Positions 29,301-39,700 of a stretch of 64,000 nt of DNA are shown piece after piece. The notes under the pieces were generated by a model. That model was not told the origin of the DNA. It saw nothing but the letters and a program-made list of their open reading frames with translations, and searched no databases. The stretch comes from Candidatus Nanohaloarchaea archaeon (GTDB lineage: Archaea > Nanohalarchaeota > Nanosalinia > Nanosalinales > Nanosalinaceae). The position numbers and the translations under genes were made by a program. Location: contig CP046106.1 of assembly GCA_013343275.1 (NCBI GenBank), positions 704,001 to 768,000 of the forward strand. The letters run 5' to 3'. How positions within the stretch are numbered: position 1 is the stretch's first letter; every line of letters begins with the position of its first letter.

Positions 29301-29892
29301 GTGTGTAGTAGTCATCTACTTCGGCTGCGTAACGGTTGACAACAGTCTCTGAAGGCTTAAACCTGTCAAGGCCTACACCTATCCTGACGTAGTCCGCCAG
29401 CAGAACGCTCATCGCTGATGCTGTTCCACCTGCTGACCTGATAGGGCCTGAGTAGTACATCGCCAGGTACTCTGTTCCATCATTGTTCTCTCTGATCTTG
29501 ACATCTCCAATTCCTTCAAGAGGTGCTGTAGTGATTCCTCCTGTCATGTAGCTGACGCCTACACGGATACCTGCCTCACAGGCCCTTTCAAGATCGTCGA
29601 ACTCATGGAAATCTCCTTCTGCAATCTCTCTGGCTATAGAGAAGGAGACTCTCTCATCGTTCTTGCCGTACTCATCTTCCAGTTCACGTATTCTCTCTGC
29701 AACACCTTGATCCTCGAGTTCCGGGAACTGTGCTGCGATAACAAGACTCGAGGCCTTTTCCGCCAGGTCCTCGGCAACAGGTATATCTACTCGCTGCTCC
29801 GGATCTTTCGACTGATCACGGGCTTCTTCAGCTATATCGTACGCTTTCTCCGTCTTGTCTCTTATGCTGTCGAAGTATTTTTCAGTATCCAT
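26386..29892 (-). CDS. polC: DNA polymerase D large subunit DP2
   Basis: APLEGI, GPIRSAGGTA, GGFRLRYG, RMGRPEKA, HAAKRRNCDGDED (no intein). Confidence 0.98.
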   Translation of the reverse strand: MDTEKYFDSIRDKTEKAYDIAEEARDQSKDPEQRVDIPVAEDLAEKASSLVIAAQFPELEDQGVAERIRELEDEYGKNDERVSFSIAREIAEGDFHEFDDLERACEAGIRVGVSYMTGGITTAPLEGIGDVKIRENNDGTEYLAMYYSGPIRSAGGTASAMSVLLADYVRIGVGLDRFKPSETVVNRYAAEVDDYYTRVTAKQYYPEREETSMIAENVPVEVTGSPTEQIEVSNYKDLDRIDTNQIRGGMCLVYLDGLPLKAPKIKKRIEKWGKDFGLEHWEWVKDYLDLQKEIHSSGSDDDEEEGEDKEEADYTPSDKFLGSITAGRPIFSHPGEKGGFRLRYGHSRTNGLAAVSMHPATLEISQRFIAIGTQLKTEYPMKGTVATPCDSVHPPVVKLKNGDVKKVESREEAREIENDVEEILFLGDMLVTYGEFVENGKKLLPSPYVPEWWEKDLEHALEEQNVALGRDFSERDPNPQEAFKISEKLGIKLHPKWTYHWEDTSPEKFQALYESMQEGELSGEKTKAALEELLVQHEKDGNQIKVREEDLKALKLLLKPEEDNKEIVESVDSSSEIVEAVEEISGVEMGDPAPHYLGARMGRPEKAERRTLNGKPQLLFPCGKQEGGRMRNLTAAYNNTMHSEKGIVNEQIVQNYCPECGDKSHFSYCQDCGNPTEPLWVCSDCGKEFKEETEVCGSCGNEYINRYQNTDINVREIMDKALDNLGMNRPPELLKSFRGMTSKTKIVEPIEKGLLRKKHDLYVNKDGTVRYDATDLPMTHFKPKEASVSVEKLRELGYTEDKDGEPLENEEQVVELKPQDILIPDGDNTLAASDYMLRAAKYIDELLEEFYGLEPYYDAESKEDLVGELVIGLAPHTSGGTVGRIIGFTDAKGIYAHPYWHAAKRRNCDGDEDAILLMMDGLLNFSRKYLPDMTGARTMDAPLILSTVLNSDEVDDEAWAVETVDDYPRSFYEETKEYKEPWNLETDIEIGEDIVHSDEPYSHDYTIETSDIDDGPNQSEYVTLDEMSEKTDNQLKLGERIRAVNENAVADLLLDKHFIPDIKGNLRSFSSQKMRCVDCNEKFRRVPMTNQTIAPTGKTTARCPECDGKVLLTISEGTIKKYLEPSKEIIDNYEVSPYIRQQILILNKTIQSLFGKSDRQTGLKQFAN

Positions 29893-30009
29893 TATTGTCA
29901 ATCCTCTTTGTAATCCATTCTGCGAATGGTTTTTGCGTGTGAATCTGAGCGTCGCAGACATTTTGTCTGCTCTGAACAGATTTTCTGAAATCTGTGGTAA
30001 CCAGTTCTC

Positions 30010-31584
30010 TTAGAACTGTTTTACGTCTGTGTTTCGGGTTTTGAAGTCTACAAGAGTGACTTTCCCTGGATCCGGTTCGTGGCCTACACGTTTCTGGAAA
30101 TCTGTCTGTGCCTGGAAAGTTGAAGATGCGATGACGTTTACTCCTTTGTAGCTTTCGTTGGCGTGGCTGTGGAGGTGTCCTGCGACAAATACATCCGGTT
30201 CGTGCTCTATAACCAGATTGTCTCGGCCTTCAGGCGATACCAGGTTGGAGCCGTAGGTCGGAGCTAGGTGTCTTCTCTTGAGAAGATCGATCATTACATG
30301 GCTTGGATCATCGTAGGCCTTCTCCCTCAAGGACTGTATCTGGTCGATCTGTTCGTCGAAACTGTAACCATGGTACATCAGGTTCTTGATTCCTTTACTT
30401 CTGATTGCGTGAAGCCTGACAGTCTGCGGGTTCTGTACCAGATGCACGTTGTTGAAGTCGGAGATAGTTGGGAGTGCGTCCTCCGCAATCCTTGGCTGTG
30501 GCTCAGCTAAACGTGTAATATCGTGGTTTCCTGGGCCGAGAAGAATCTGGATGTGCTCTGGAATCCTCTCCACCCATCTCTCGAACCGCTGGTACTGCTT
30601 GTATATATCTGTAACCTCGAGCTCTTCCTCCTGGCCTGGATAGGTTCCGACTCCTTCAACCACGTCGCCTGGAATCACCAGGTAGCCAACGTTCTCGGCC
30701 TGCGAAGAGTTCAACCATTCAGCAAACCTGTCAAGCCTCTTGTTCAAAGTATCCTTCGAACCCATATGGAAATCAGAGATATAGGCCGCAGAAACCTCGT
30801 CTTTAGTAGTTTTTACGCCCTGAGGTATTGGTAGGTCAGGCCTCACAATATCATCAGCATAAATTATATCGCCGCCGAGGTTTCCTCTAACACCTATTAC
30901 CTCGTCAGGAACAATTCTCTCGCCGTCTCTCTCACCTGCTAGTACCTTGAAGGTTCCTGTCTTGTCCTCGATCTCCACAATCCATTTACCAGACTGTGTT
31001 GAGTATTTGTCATTTACCAGGCCGATTGTCGTGGCCTCGTCTCCTTCGTCCCTTGATTCAAGCCTTTTGATCGAGGTTGCGGATTTCATCTCCATTCTCT
31101 GCATCAACATCTTCTTCATACGGTCGTAACGATCATTGTAGTATCCAAGGAACTCAGGTACATCTTTCTCGTCTTCAGAAATATCTATTTCGTCAAGTAT
31201 CTCGACCTTGGTCCTCATCTCGGACCTGTTGCGGTCGTCCTTAATCCTTACAGTCTTGTCCTTGCTGAACTTGGAGCTAGTCTCATCGAACTCCTCACCC
31301 AGCTCGACACTCTCCGTAGAATTATCCTCGTCGTCGGACTCTGTCTGCTCTTCCTCGAGCTTTGTCTTCTCTACCAGTTTACCCCCCTCTGTTTCATGTA
31401 CAACTTCGTCCTCAACACTGTTACTTCTTTCCCTAAGATTATTTAGCATCATCTCAGAGACATACATAGGCGTAACATCCAGGCCTTTAATCGCCTCTAC
31501 ATCTTCCTCAGTAAGGCCTTCTGCTGCATCCTTACCTATAATACATCCTTGCTGTGTTAGCTCTTTGAGTGCTTTCTCATTCAT
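30010..31584 (-). CDS. polB: DNA polymerase D small subunit DP1 (proofreading exonuclease)
   Basis: ISDFHMGS, GDVVEG, PGNHD, YHG, RRHLAP, GHLH, QTDFQ. Confidence 0.95.
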   Translation of the reverse strand: MNEKALKELTQQGCIIGKDAAEGLTEEDVEAIKGLDVTPMYVSEMMLNNLRERSNSVEDEVVHETEGGKLVEKTKLEEEQTESDDEDNSTESVELGEEFDETSSKFSKDKTVRIKDDRNRSEMRTKVEILDEIDISEDEKDVPEFLGYYNDRYDRMKKMLMQRMEMKSATSIKRLESRDEGDEATTIGLVNDKYSTQSGKWIVEIEDKTGTFKVLAGERDGERIVPDEVIGVRGNLGGDIIYADDIVRPDLPIPQGVKTTKDEVSAAYISDFHMGSKDTLNKRLDRFAEWLNSSQAENVGYLVIPGDVVEGVGTYPGQEEELEVTDIYKQYQRFERWVERIPEHIQILLGPGNHDITRLAEPQPRIAEDALPTISDFNNVHLVQNPQTVRLHAIRSKGIKNLMYHGYSFDEQIDQIQSLREKAYDDPSHVMIDLLKRRHLAPTYGSNLVSPEGRDNLVIEHEPDVFVAGHLHSHANESYKGVNVIASSTFQAQTDFQKRVGHEPDPGKVTLVDFKTRNTDVKQF

Positions 31585-31617
31585 TCCTTGCAATACCCCC
31601 TTCAATTCAAGCGCTGT

Positions 31618-32823
31618 CTAAAGGTAGAACTTCTCCTCTACCATCTCTTCCAGCTGTGAACGGATTTCCTCTGGAAGATCAACGCTGATCTGTCTTGTAC
31701 GGCCGTAACGGCCTTTACTGATTACTTTTGCATTTATCACACCGAGCATATCGAGCTCCGAGATAAGTCCAGAAACCCTTCTCTGCGTGAGTTCTGAAAC
31801 ATCTACGTCCTCACACAGCTCCTTGTACTCGCTGTATACATCCCCCGTAGCGATTTCGTCCTCGTCCTCAGTCATCTGAAGAATAGTGTAGAGAACCAGC
31901 TTCGACTGCTTAGGCTGAGAACGAACAGTCTCAACCATTCTATCGCGCTCAATCTTGTCCTGAGCACGATCAACATGCTTCTTGTAGATCTTGTCATCCT
32001 CCGATCTCTCGCACAGCTCCCCTGCAACACGCAGAAGATCAAGAGCTCTACGGGCATCGCCGTGCTCCTGGGCTGCGAGAGCCGAACACTTCGAGATAAC
32101 CCCTCCTTCCAGCTTGTCCTCAACAAAGGCCTTGTCAGTTCTCTCCTTCAAGATCTCTCTAAGCTCGAGAGCGTTGTAAGGAGGGAAGATAATCTCCTCC
32201 TCTGACAGGGAAGACTTGACTCTTGAATCCATGTACTCTGTGAAGTTAAGATCGTTGGATATACCGAGGATGGAAACCTTTGTCTCCTCTAGATCATCGT
32301 TGATACGTGTAAGATTGTAGAGGAACTCATCTCCCACTTTCTTGACGAGAGCATCGATCTCGTCCAGCGCAATAACTACTACACCCTTCTGATCTTTCAG
32401 AGCGTTAAAGAATCTATTATAAATTTCATCTGTCGGAAGGCCTGTACTAGGTACATCCTCTCCGAGCTGGCGAGCCAGTTTTGCGAGAAGTCGGTACTCT
32501 GTATCAGCTACCTTCTTCATCTTGCAGTTAATATACAGTACGTTGAGATCGATCTCCTGCTCATCAGCCACATCTTTCAGCTCTTCCGTAACATGTTTTA
32601 CAATCAAAGTCTTTCCAGTACCTACAGATCCATAAAGAAATACGTTGCTAGGATCGTTTCCTTTCAGCGCAGGCGCCAGGATAGAAGCTAGATCGTTGAT
32701 CTGCTCATCACGGTGCAGAATATTGTCTGGCTTCCAGCCAGTTGTAAGAGCATCTTTGTTTTTGAATACAGAATCCTTGTCGAGATAGTTCGAGAACATT
32801 GACTTCAGATTGCTCTGACTCAT
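31618..32823 (-). CDS. cdc6: Orc1/Cdc6 replication initiator
   Basis: GSVGTGKT, YINC, LDEID, FPPYN, GDARRALDLLR, C-terminal wHTH GRYGRT. Confidence 0.97.
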   Translation of the reverse strand: MSQSNLKSMFSNYLDKDSVFKNKDALTTGWKPDNILHRDEQINDLASILAPALKGNDPSNVFLYGSVGTGKTLIVKHVTEELKDVADEQEIDLNVLYINCKMKKVADTEYRLLAKLARQLGEDVPSTGLPTDEIYNRFFNALKDQKGVVVIALDEIDALVKKVGDEFLYNLTRINDDLEETKVSILGISNDLNFTEYMDSRVKSSLSEEEIIFPPYNALELREILKERTDKAFVEDKLEGGVISKCSALAAQEHGDARRALDLLRVAGELCERSEDDKIYKKHVDRAQDKIERDRMVETVRSQPKQSKLVLYTILQMTEDEDEIATGDVYSEYKELCEDVDVSELTQRRVSGLISELDMLGVINAKVISKGRYGRTRQISVDLPEEIRSQLEEMVEEKFYL

Positions 32824-32871
32824 CTATCTCGCCCCCCAGAAAACAGTATTTAATCTCATTTGATCTTCGAA

Positions 32872-33323
32872 CCCCGTATGTTTCTACGTGAAATTAAGGT
32901 TTATAATCCTTCTCCAATCGAAGCAAAGGTGGTACCCCCACCCACCCCCTGATTTCGTGTGGAGTTTTCTAATAACTACCTATACAAAGATATAACACTG
33001 TTATATTATTATGTCGGTGTTATAATTTTATTCTGCCGTTATATCCGAGTCTCGCTCTCTCGATACAGATTCCACTCGAAATAGAGGGGTGTGTGTCGTT
33101 TCTAGCTCAGATACTTCAGCTCCAATCTAGAAATTTCGGGCTCCGGATGAAGCCCAGGTCTCCTGATGAAATCAACCTTACTACTTTTCCCGGAAAATCT
33201 TCTGGCCTCAAAACAGAATCAAACACGATTGAATTCGAACTGAATCGAACAAAACTCTTAGAATCTTTCTTTTACGCCAGATTGGCCAGAAAATCCTTCC
33301 ACACCCCCTGATTTCATGTGGAG
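32872..33323. other. Replication origin oriC with four ORB-like boxes and an AT-rich unwinding element
   Basis: TCCAC-N3-GAAAT-N2/3-GGGG-type boxes at 32945-32964(-), 33070-33090(+), 33304-33323(-), a degenerate one at 32872-32892(-); AT-rich 32965-33035; adjacent to cdc6. Confidence 0.88.
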
Positions 33324-33440
33324 ATTATTTGAACAAGCCAGCTTTTAAATAAAACAGGAGTTCCTTTACTGCTCCAGAATAGTAAAATCAGAGCCTGCAG
33401 AGTTATTTCTTAAGTATTGGTTCTGAAACTTCAGATAGAA

Positions 33441-33602
33441 ATGAGCGAACATGGATCCAGCAGCAATCACCATGGACCAGGAAATCTCGAGAAAACACTG
33501 GCCAACATCTTCGCCGCAACCATTATCTCCGTGGCCCGGCTTGCGAAGTCATTCATGATGTCCGTTTTCAACTTTCTGCTCAGATTTCTACACTGGCTCT
33601 AG
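33441..33602 (+). CDS. Small hypothetical protein
   Basis: 53-aa ORF with hydrophobic/amphipathic C-terminus. Confidence 0.4.
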   Translation: MSEHGSSSNHHGPGNLEKTLANIFAATIISVARLAKSFMMSVFNFLLRFLHWL

Positions 33603-33663
33603 CCAGGGATTTGAACTAAATAAATGCAGCTCCAATTAACAGCCTGTGAGGTAGCAGAGAAAA

Positions 33664-34407
33664 ATGGTTGATAGAGAAGAAACAGCATTCGTGTATACGC
33701 TCAGCAGCAGGAAAGGAATGGTTCAGCAGGCACTAAGATCTATAGCTACACTCAAACAGCATGTAGATGTCGAGAAAATCAACATCTTCTACACACCACC
33801 CTACGACGAAGAAGACGAAAAGGCCTTGAAGGAGACCGGGGCTAATGTGGTAAAGAAGGAGAATCAGACAGAGGCTTTCAATGTTTCAAGAAGTCTTCCT
33901 GAAAGCCACTACGGCGAAAAAATCAATCTCTGCTCACTGGAAGAGAAAAATGTTGTCTTCCTAGATTGTGATACTATTGTAGGAAATAATATATGGGAAG
34001 TACTGGAGGGAGACTTCGAGTTCAAGGCAAGGCCTGCTCACAGATTCAACGACGATAAGGACTGGAAGAAGATGTTTGATGAGAGAGACAGGCCTTATCT
34101 CGACTGGATGCCGAATGCAGGATTCTTGGTGTTCAAAGAAGGAGCTCACAGGAAGATACAGGACGACTGGGCCAACCTGGTTTCGCAGGACCTCGAGTTC
34201 CAGATGGGTAAAGTCGATCACCACGAACAGTACGCACTGGCTCTCACAATCTCAGACCTGAAAATACATGAAATGAAGAAAAAAGAACATGTGTTTGAAT
34301 GGAAGGACGAGAAAGTAGCTGATGCATACATTTATCATGTAGCGCACTCAGCCGGAAGTTCAATAATGAACGTAGTCAAAAACTATCTAGGCAGGCTTAA
34401 ACCATGA
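33664..34407 (+). CDS. GT-A glycosyltransferase (GT8-like)
   Basis: FLDCD, NAGFLVF, EQYAL, IYH. Confidence 0.75.
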   Translation: MVDREETAFVYTLSSRKGMVQQALRSIATLKQHVDVEKINIFYTPPYDEEDEKALKETGANVVKKENQTEAFNVSRSLPESHYGEKINLCSLEEKNVVFLDCDTIVGNNIWEVLEGDFEFKARPAHRFNDDKDWKKMFDERDRPYLDWMPNAGFLVFKEGAHRKIQDDWANLVSQDLEFQMGKVDHHEQYALALTISDLKIHEMKKKEHVFEWKDEKVADAYIYHVAHSAGSSIMNVVKNYLGRLKP

Positions 34408-35228
34408 CTAAGATAATACTAGGATCTCGGCACTCTGGTCACGCTACAGCGACACCAGCAATCAAGGCCCGACTTGAAGAACAGATCGATGAAAAAATAG
34501 AGTACGTTGTAGTAACTGATCCTGAAGATGAATACGACTACAGCTTCGCCGAGAAAGTTTACAGGGTTCCAAGCTTCAGGCCTACAGGAGGAAAAGTTTA
34601 CAGGCCTTACAGTATGCTGAAAAATTTCTACAGGAGCTGGGAGATACTTAAAAAAGAAGATCCGGAGAAAGTTGTGGCCTACGGTGCGAACACCAGTTTT
34701 CCTATAGGAGTAATTGCAGGCCTGAAAGGTATAGAGGTTATAGCTGTAGAGGCTGAAAACAGGACTAATCAACCTTCTATGACTCCGAAGATGCTGTCAA
34801 GACTGTCGAATACACGTGTCTGGGTTTCCCATAACCAGATAATGGATAAATATCCTACTGAAAAGGTAGAAAACAAGCAGATTATACAGTACCGCAGTTT
34901 CGAGAATCATGAATCCGAGGATAAGGACAACAAACTACTGGTAATACCTTCGAGCAACGACCCTGAGCTACAGGAGAAATACTGGAAAGACATTTCTCAC
35001 AGCGAGTTCTTGGACCTGATGGGCCGGACTGAGATAGTGGTGACTAGGGCCGGAATGACTTCTTACGAGGCTGCTAATCTCGCGGAGAAGGTAGTGGTAA
35101 TTCCGTATGATCACAGTCATCAGGAGAACTTTGCTCACTGGCTGGCCTCGGAGTACAGGAATGTGGAAGTGGTGAAGGATAAAAGCTTCAAAGAAGTAAT
35201 CAACGAGTACGAGGCCGACGACAAATGA
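34404..35228 (+). CDS. Alg14/Alg13 (GT28/MurG-like) fused glycosyltransferase
   Basis: SGH N-motif, ILKKEDPEKVVAYGA, EAENR..PSMT, VTRAG, VIPY..HQ. Confidence 0.7.
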   Translation: MTKIILGSRHSGHATATPAIKARLEEQIDEKIEYVVVTDPEDEYDYSFAEKVYRVPSFRPTGGKVYRPYSMLKNFYRSWEILKKEDPEKVVAYGANTSFPIGVIAGLKGIEVIAVEAENRTNQPSMTPKMLSRLSNTRVWVSHNQIMDKYPTEKVENKQIIQYRSFENHESEDKDNKLLVIPSSNDPELQEKYWKDISHSEFLDLMGRTEIVVTRAGMTSYEAANLAEKVVVIPYDHSHQENFAHWLASEYRNVEVVKDKSFKEVINEYEADDK

Positions 35229-36058
35229 CCGAAATGCAGGACGTAAACGGAAGCAACTGGAACTACCTCATCGTGCTCGACGCATGCAGATATGACATGT
35301 TCAAAGATAACTACGAAGATTTTCTATCAGGAGAGCTCTCCAAGAAGAAATCACGTGGAGCAGCAACACCTGAATGGCTGTGGAACACATTCACCTCACG
35401 ATACAACTACAACTACGTCTCCGCAAATCCATACATCAACAGCTACGGCCTCACACTGAAAGAGATGGTAGGAGGCTGCGAACAGGACTGGGACGCAAGA
35501 AACAAGTTCCAGAACATCGTCGACGTATGGGACACCAACTGGGACGACAAACTGAACACGGTAAGACCTGAAGAAATGACAGATACAGCACTTGAAAACC
35601 TAGAATACAGCAAAACAATAATACACTATATCCAGCCACATCGCCCCTACATCTCAGGCAACGACACAGAACACAGCTGGGCCCCGAAAGCAGAGATAGA
35701 AGGCCAGGAAAAATCAGCGAAGAGAAAGTTCTTCGACAAAACCCGGCCACTATGGAGCCCGATATTCCGGAAAATGCCGTACACAATCCAGTCCAAGATC
35801 AAATCCGTATTTGGAATGGGTAACGACTTCGAAAAACTAGTCAGAGAAAAAGGTGAAGAACAGGTAATCGAATACTACCGTCAAGACCTGCGAATGGCCC
35901 TGGAAGAAGTAGCAAGGCTTGTAGAAGAACTCGACGGCAAAGTAGTAGTGACTGCCGACCACGGAGAACTCCTGGGAGAAGGAGGCTGGGGCCACTACAT
36001 CGGAGGGGAGGAAGACGAACTAAGGCATGTCCCATGGCTGGAGATAGAGGAAAAATAG
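35225..36058 (+). CDS. Alkaline phosphatase/sulfatase-superfamily protein
   Basis: LIVLDACRYD, HYIQPHRPY, TADHGELLGE, VPW. Confidence 0.85.
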   Translation: MTEMQDVNGSNWNYLIVLDACRYDMFKDNYEDFLSGELSKKKSRGAATPEWLWNTFTSRYNYNYVSANPYINSYGLTLKEMVGGCEQDWDARNKFQNIVDVWDTNWDDKLNTVRPEEMTDTALENLEYSKTIIHYIQPHRPYISGNDTEHSWAPKAEIEGQEKSAKRKFFDKTRPLWSPIFRKMPYTIQSKIKSVFGMGNDFEKLVREKGEEQVIEYYRQDLRMALEEVARLVEELDGKVVVTADHGELLGEGGWGHYIGGEEDELRHVPWLEIEEK

Positions 36059-36198
36059 CGATCTATAGAATTATACTAGGAATAAAAAGTATTACTTCTT
36101 CTCATTCACTAGGTCTAACTAATCGAGAAAGAGAGTATAACAAAGGTTTATCTATAAATGTAAAGATTTAATTCAAGTTATTACCAAAGGAGAATAGA

Positions 36199-37215
36199 AT
36201 GAGAAAAGCAATACTTACGCAGAAAAAGTTCTTGAACAATGGCTTACAGAAATTTGAAAGTCAGATAGCTCCTTATCTACTAGAAAACGGGTTTGAACCT
36301 ATATACCACAACCACAACGATTTTGATTCATTGGATTACCCTTTCAGTCAAACAGTAGAAATCTGGAAAGCCTCAAGAAAACTGAAGAAAGAAGCAGAAA
36401 AATATGACCAAATTTTCCTACCAGCACAAAACCGCCTAACAGTTAACCCTGAAGATCTAGATGCTCAAATAGTGCCGTACATCCATGATATATACCCTTA
36501 TACAGCTCATTTATATAGAGAGAATCAAAGTACGTTTAAGTACATTGTAAGAATGGTTCAATCAGCTATTGGACAAGAATATATGGATAATTTAGTGAAA
36601 TTGGATAAGGTTATTGTGTCTTCTTATAGAACTAAAAAGGATTTAGAAAATCGTACTAGCTTTACAGGAAACATAGAGGTTGTTCATCAAGGAGTTGATG
36701 GCGGCCTTGATGAGAAACCTTCGATAGATGATAGAGATATAGATCTTCTATATGTAGGAACCTTAAGGACAAGGAAGAATCCTGAAATTATTAGAAAAGT
36801 GTTTGAGAAAGCTCACAACAAAGGCTATAATGTAGTTTCAGTCAACTATGAAGAATTAGATTTACCTGGTGAACATTATACAGATATTTCTGAGGAGAAA
36901 CTACGAGATCTTTACAGTAAAACAAGATACTATCTGCATCCAGCGTTTATTGAAGGATTTGGTAGGGGAGCAGTAGAAGCTCAGAGGCACGGAGCAGTCC
37001 CTCTAGGCCTAGATCAACCTTTAAACCATGAAATACTTGGTGAAGAAGGAGAAACATGGATTCAAATAGAAAACACAGAAGATGTAATGAATATCATTGA
37101 CGATGAAATCTCTCAAGGTACTGTAGAACAGGCCTGGGAGAACAGCAAAAGATTCACTTGGGATAAAACTCGTAAACAAATAAAACAGGCTTTAGACAAA
37201 TGGAATCAAGAGTAG
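36199..37215 (+). CDS. GT4 glycosyltransferase
   Basis: HDIYP, YVGTLRTRKN, EGFGRGAVEA. Confidence 0.88.
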   Translation: MRKAILTQKKFLNNGLQKFESQIAPYLLENGFEPIYHNHNDFDSLDYPFSQTVEIWKASRKLKKEAEKYDQIFLPAQNRLTVNPEDLDAQIVPYIHDIYPYTAHLYRENQSTFKYIVRMVQSAIGQEYMDNLVKLDKVIVSSYRTKKDLENRTSFTGNIEVVHQGVDGGLDEKPSIDDRDIDLLYVGTLRTRKNPEIIRKVFEKAHNKGYNVVSVNYEELDLPGEHYTDISEEKLRDLYSKTRYYLHPAFIEGFGRGAVEAQRHGAVPLGLDQPLNHEILGEEGETWIQIENTEDVMNIIDDEISQGTVEQAWENSKRFTWDKTRKQIKQALDKWNQE

Positions 37216-37229
37216 CGAGGCTATAAAAT

Positions 37230-37751
37230 ATGAGAACTAAATACGACATTGGTTGCGGAAACGAAAAACCTGGAAAAGACTGGATAGGAGTAAACTATCC
37301 CGAAACAGAAGACGCTGATATAGTACATGACTTGGAAAAAGGCCTTCCTTTTGACCACGAATTATTTGAGGAGGATCGTGCTACAGTAATCAGGCTGCAT
37401 CATGTAATCGAGCATATTGAAAATCAAGACAAATTGTTGGAAGATATTGCAAAGTTAGCCGATGAAGATGCTGAAATAAGAATCACCGTACCCCACTATC
37501 TACATGTTAATTCCAAGGATTCGGACCATAAGAGAGATTACTCTATAATCAGTTTTGACACTTACTGCGTTGATCATGATCATCCAACTACAAAACCTCA
37601 ACTATTCAAAATGAAAGACAAAGAAGTCCATTGGGTAGAACTTAGGAAGAGCATGCGTCTGCTGAAGAAAGTTATGGGAGATGATTTTGTTAGAAATCAC
37701 TTTGCAAATACTGTAGAAGAGCTAAAGTTTGTATTAGGGGTGGCGGAATGA
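37230..37751 (+). CDS. SAM-dependent methyltransferase-like protein
   Basis: DIGCG, ADIVHDL, HVIEH, VPHY. Confidence 0.8.
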   Translation: MRTKYDIGCGNEKPGKDWIGVNYPETEDADIVHDLEKGLPFDHELFEEDRATVIRLHHVIEHIENQDKLLEDIAKLADEDAEIRITVPHYLHVNSKDSDHKRDYSIISFDTYCVDHDHPTTKPQLFKMKDKEVHWVELRKSMRLLKKVMGDDFVRNHFANTVEELKFVLGVAE

Positions 37752-38641
37752 GCCCTAGATTGGATAAAGTAGTTTACTATTTGAGGAAGTCTTTTAGGGA
37801 TCCAGAACTGATCGTTCCATTTATTAAGCAACAAATAGTAAGTAGATATCTGGATTTGAAGTGTAAAATACATAAGGAGAATCTTGACAGCCAACTTGAT
37901 TTAATCAATAATATTCGTGAAGAAGATGAATTCTTATTGATAGTATTAGATGCTTGCAGATATGATGTTCTAAATGATGTTGTGGAGGATTATTTCCCCC
38001 AAAGCAAGGCCAAACCTGTTTATAACAAAGCGAGAAACACTTTTGAATGGGGTAAAAATGTTTGGGGGAACGGGCTTTACACTTGTAAGTATATTTCGGG
38101 TGCAGTCCCCATCAACTCTAAGGAATTGGACTTTGAAGCTGATGGTTTCGAATCGCTATATGATGGTTATGTCCCTGCTGAACATCTTCTTAATTTGAGA
38201 GATGCCTGGGCCGAAGCATGGGATGAAGACCTTGGTATAGCACCTCCAGAACCTATAACAGAAATAGCTTTAGAGGAAGGCGAAGACAGGATGGTTGTTC
38301 ATTACTTCCAACCACATGCACCATATATTGGCGAAGAGCAGGAATTGGGCTATACTGAAGGTAAAGATGCATTGCCGAATAAAGGCAAGCCTGCCGATAA
38401 AATGATATGGGACAAGGTTAAAAGCGGCGAGATAAGTGATGAAAAATTGAGAGAGCTTTATAGGTTAAATCTTTACAGGGTTTTGAAATCAGTAGAAGAG
38501 TTAGTGGAAAAGGTAAACCATGATAATATAGTTATTACTGCAGATCATGGTGAGGCTCTGGGGGAATGTGGTATTTATGAACATCCAGAAAACCTAAATC
38601 ATCCTAAAGTAAGGGTTGTGCCTTGGGTTGAGGTGAATTAG
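37748..38641 (+). CDS. Alkaline phosphatase/sulfatase-superfamily protein
   Basis: LIVLDACRYD, HYFQPHAPY, TADHGEALGE, VPW. Confidence 0.85.
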   Translation: MSPRLDKVVYYLRKSFRDPELIVPFIKQQIVSRYLDLKCKIHKENLDSQLDLINNIREEDEFLLIVLDACRYDVLNDVVEDYFPQSKAKPVYNKARNTFEWGKNVWGNGLYTCKYISGAVPINSKELDFEADGFESLYDGYVPAEHLLNLRDAWAEAWDEDLGIAPPEPITEIALEEGEDRMVVHYFQPHAPYIGEEQELGYTEGKDALPNKGKPADKMIWDKVKSGEISDEKLRELYRLNLYRVLKSVEELVEKVNHDNIVITADHGEALGECGIYEHPENLNHPKVRVVPWVEVN

Positions 38642-38646
38642 AAATA

Positions 38647-39642
38647 GTGAGTTCTGATAATTATAGGTTTGCGGGTTTCGAGACTAATGCGGAGAAGGGT
38701 TCTATTCCTTATGTAACTAGGGAGTTTTACAAGTCCGAATTTATTGAGGAGATAGAACTTAATGATTATAAAATGCCTTTAGGAGAGACTTTGAAAGTGT
38801 TTCATAGGCTTCCTAAGAAGGCTAACAGTTTAACTGATTTTGATGCAGTTATTTTTCCTTCTCTTCAGTATGCTGCTGCTGCGCCTTATGAAGACATATT
38901 TTCGGTTTTCTATATTCATGACTTGTATGGGTTTACAAAGGAAAAGAATATTCTTTCTACTTTAGTTCATGGCAAAGCACTTCAGAACATCTCTAATTTT
39001 GACTTGGTCATAGCTAACTCTAATCATACTAGGAATAATCTTGAAAGCATTTTACATGATGAGGTTGATATTGAGGTAGTTGAGCCGGGTATAGATAGTT
39101 TTTATCTAGAGAATTGTTCTGTTCAGAGAGACGAGGAGATGTTGCTTTATGTTGGTTCCTTTCAGGATAGAAAGAACACTGATTTCTTGTTAGATGTTCT
39201 GGATAAACTCCCTAGTAGTTATGAATTAATCTGTGCAGGCAGATATTATTCGGAATGTAAGAAAAATGATTTTCTAAATTATGCGGAGGACAAAGGAGTT
39301 AATGATAGAGTTAGTATAATAGGTGAATGCAGTAAGGAGAAGCTTAGAGAGCTTTACTCATCTGCTGGGTTTTACTTTCATCCTGCAAAGAAAGGAGGAT
39401 GGGAGATAACTCCGCTTGAAGCTTCTGCATGCGGTGCTAGAGTAATAGTTAACTCTAGTATCCCTTCAGTAGAAGCCTTAGATAGAAATCATATAGTATT
39501 CGACCAGTTTGACTCTTCTGGATTGGCTGAAAAAATAGAAGATCGGCCTGATTATGGGTTCGATAACGATGCTAGGACTTGGCATGATGCGAGAGAAGAT
39601 CTAAGTTCAAAAATTGAGAAGAAATTGAAAAAGAAACCCTAG
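38647..39642 (+). CDS. GT4 glycosyltransferase
   Basis: HDL, ANSNHT, YVGSFQDRKN, PLEASACG. Confidence 0.85.
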   Translation: MSSDNYRFAGFETNAEKGSIPYVTREFYKSEFIEEIELNDYKMPLGETLKVFHRLPKKANSLTDFDAVIFPSLQYAAAAPYEDIFSVFYIHDLYGFTKEKNILSTLVHGKALQNISNFDLVIANSNHTRNNLESILHDEVDIEVVEPGIDSFYLENCSVQRDEEMLLYVGSFQDRKNTDFLLDVLDKLPSSYELICAGRYYSECKKNDFLNYAEDKGVNDRVSIIGECSKEKLRELYSSAGFYFHPAKKGGWEITPLEASACGARVIVNSSIPSVEALDRNHIVFDQFDSSGLAEKIEDRPDYGFDNDARTWHDAREDLSSKIEKKLKKKP

Positions 39643-39700
39643 TATTGAGTTTTAATCTGAGTATAATTATAGAATATTTTTACGACTTTATATGGCGTCT

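Noticed and set aside
26386-32823. Inteins in DP2 or Cdc6
   Set aside because: Catalytic motifs are contiguous and lengths are normal.
33093-33311. 72-aa ORF in the origin region
   Set aside because: Lies between ORB boxes and has atypical basic composition.
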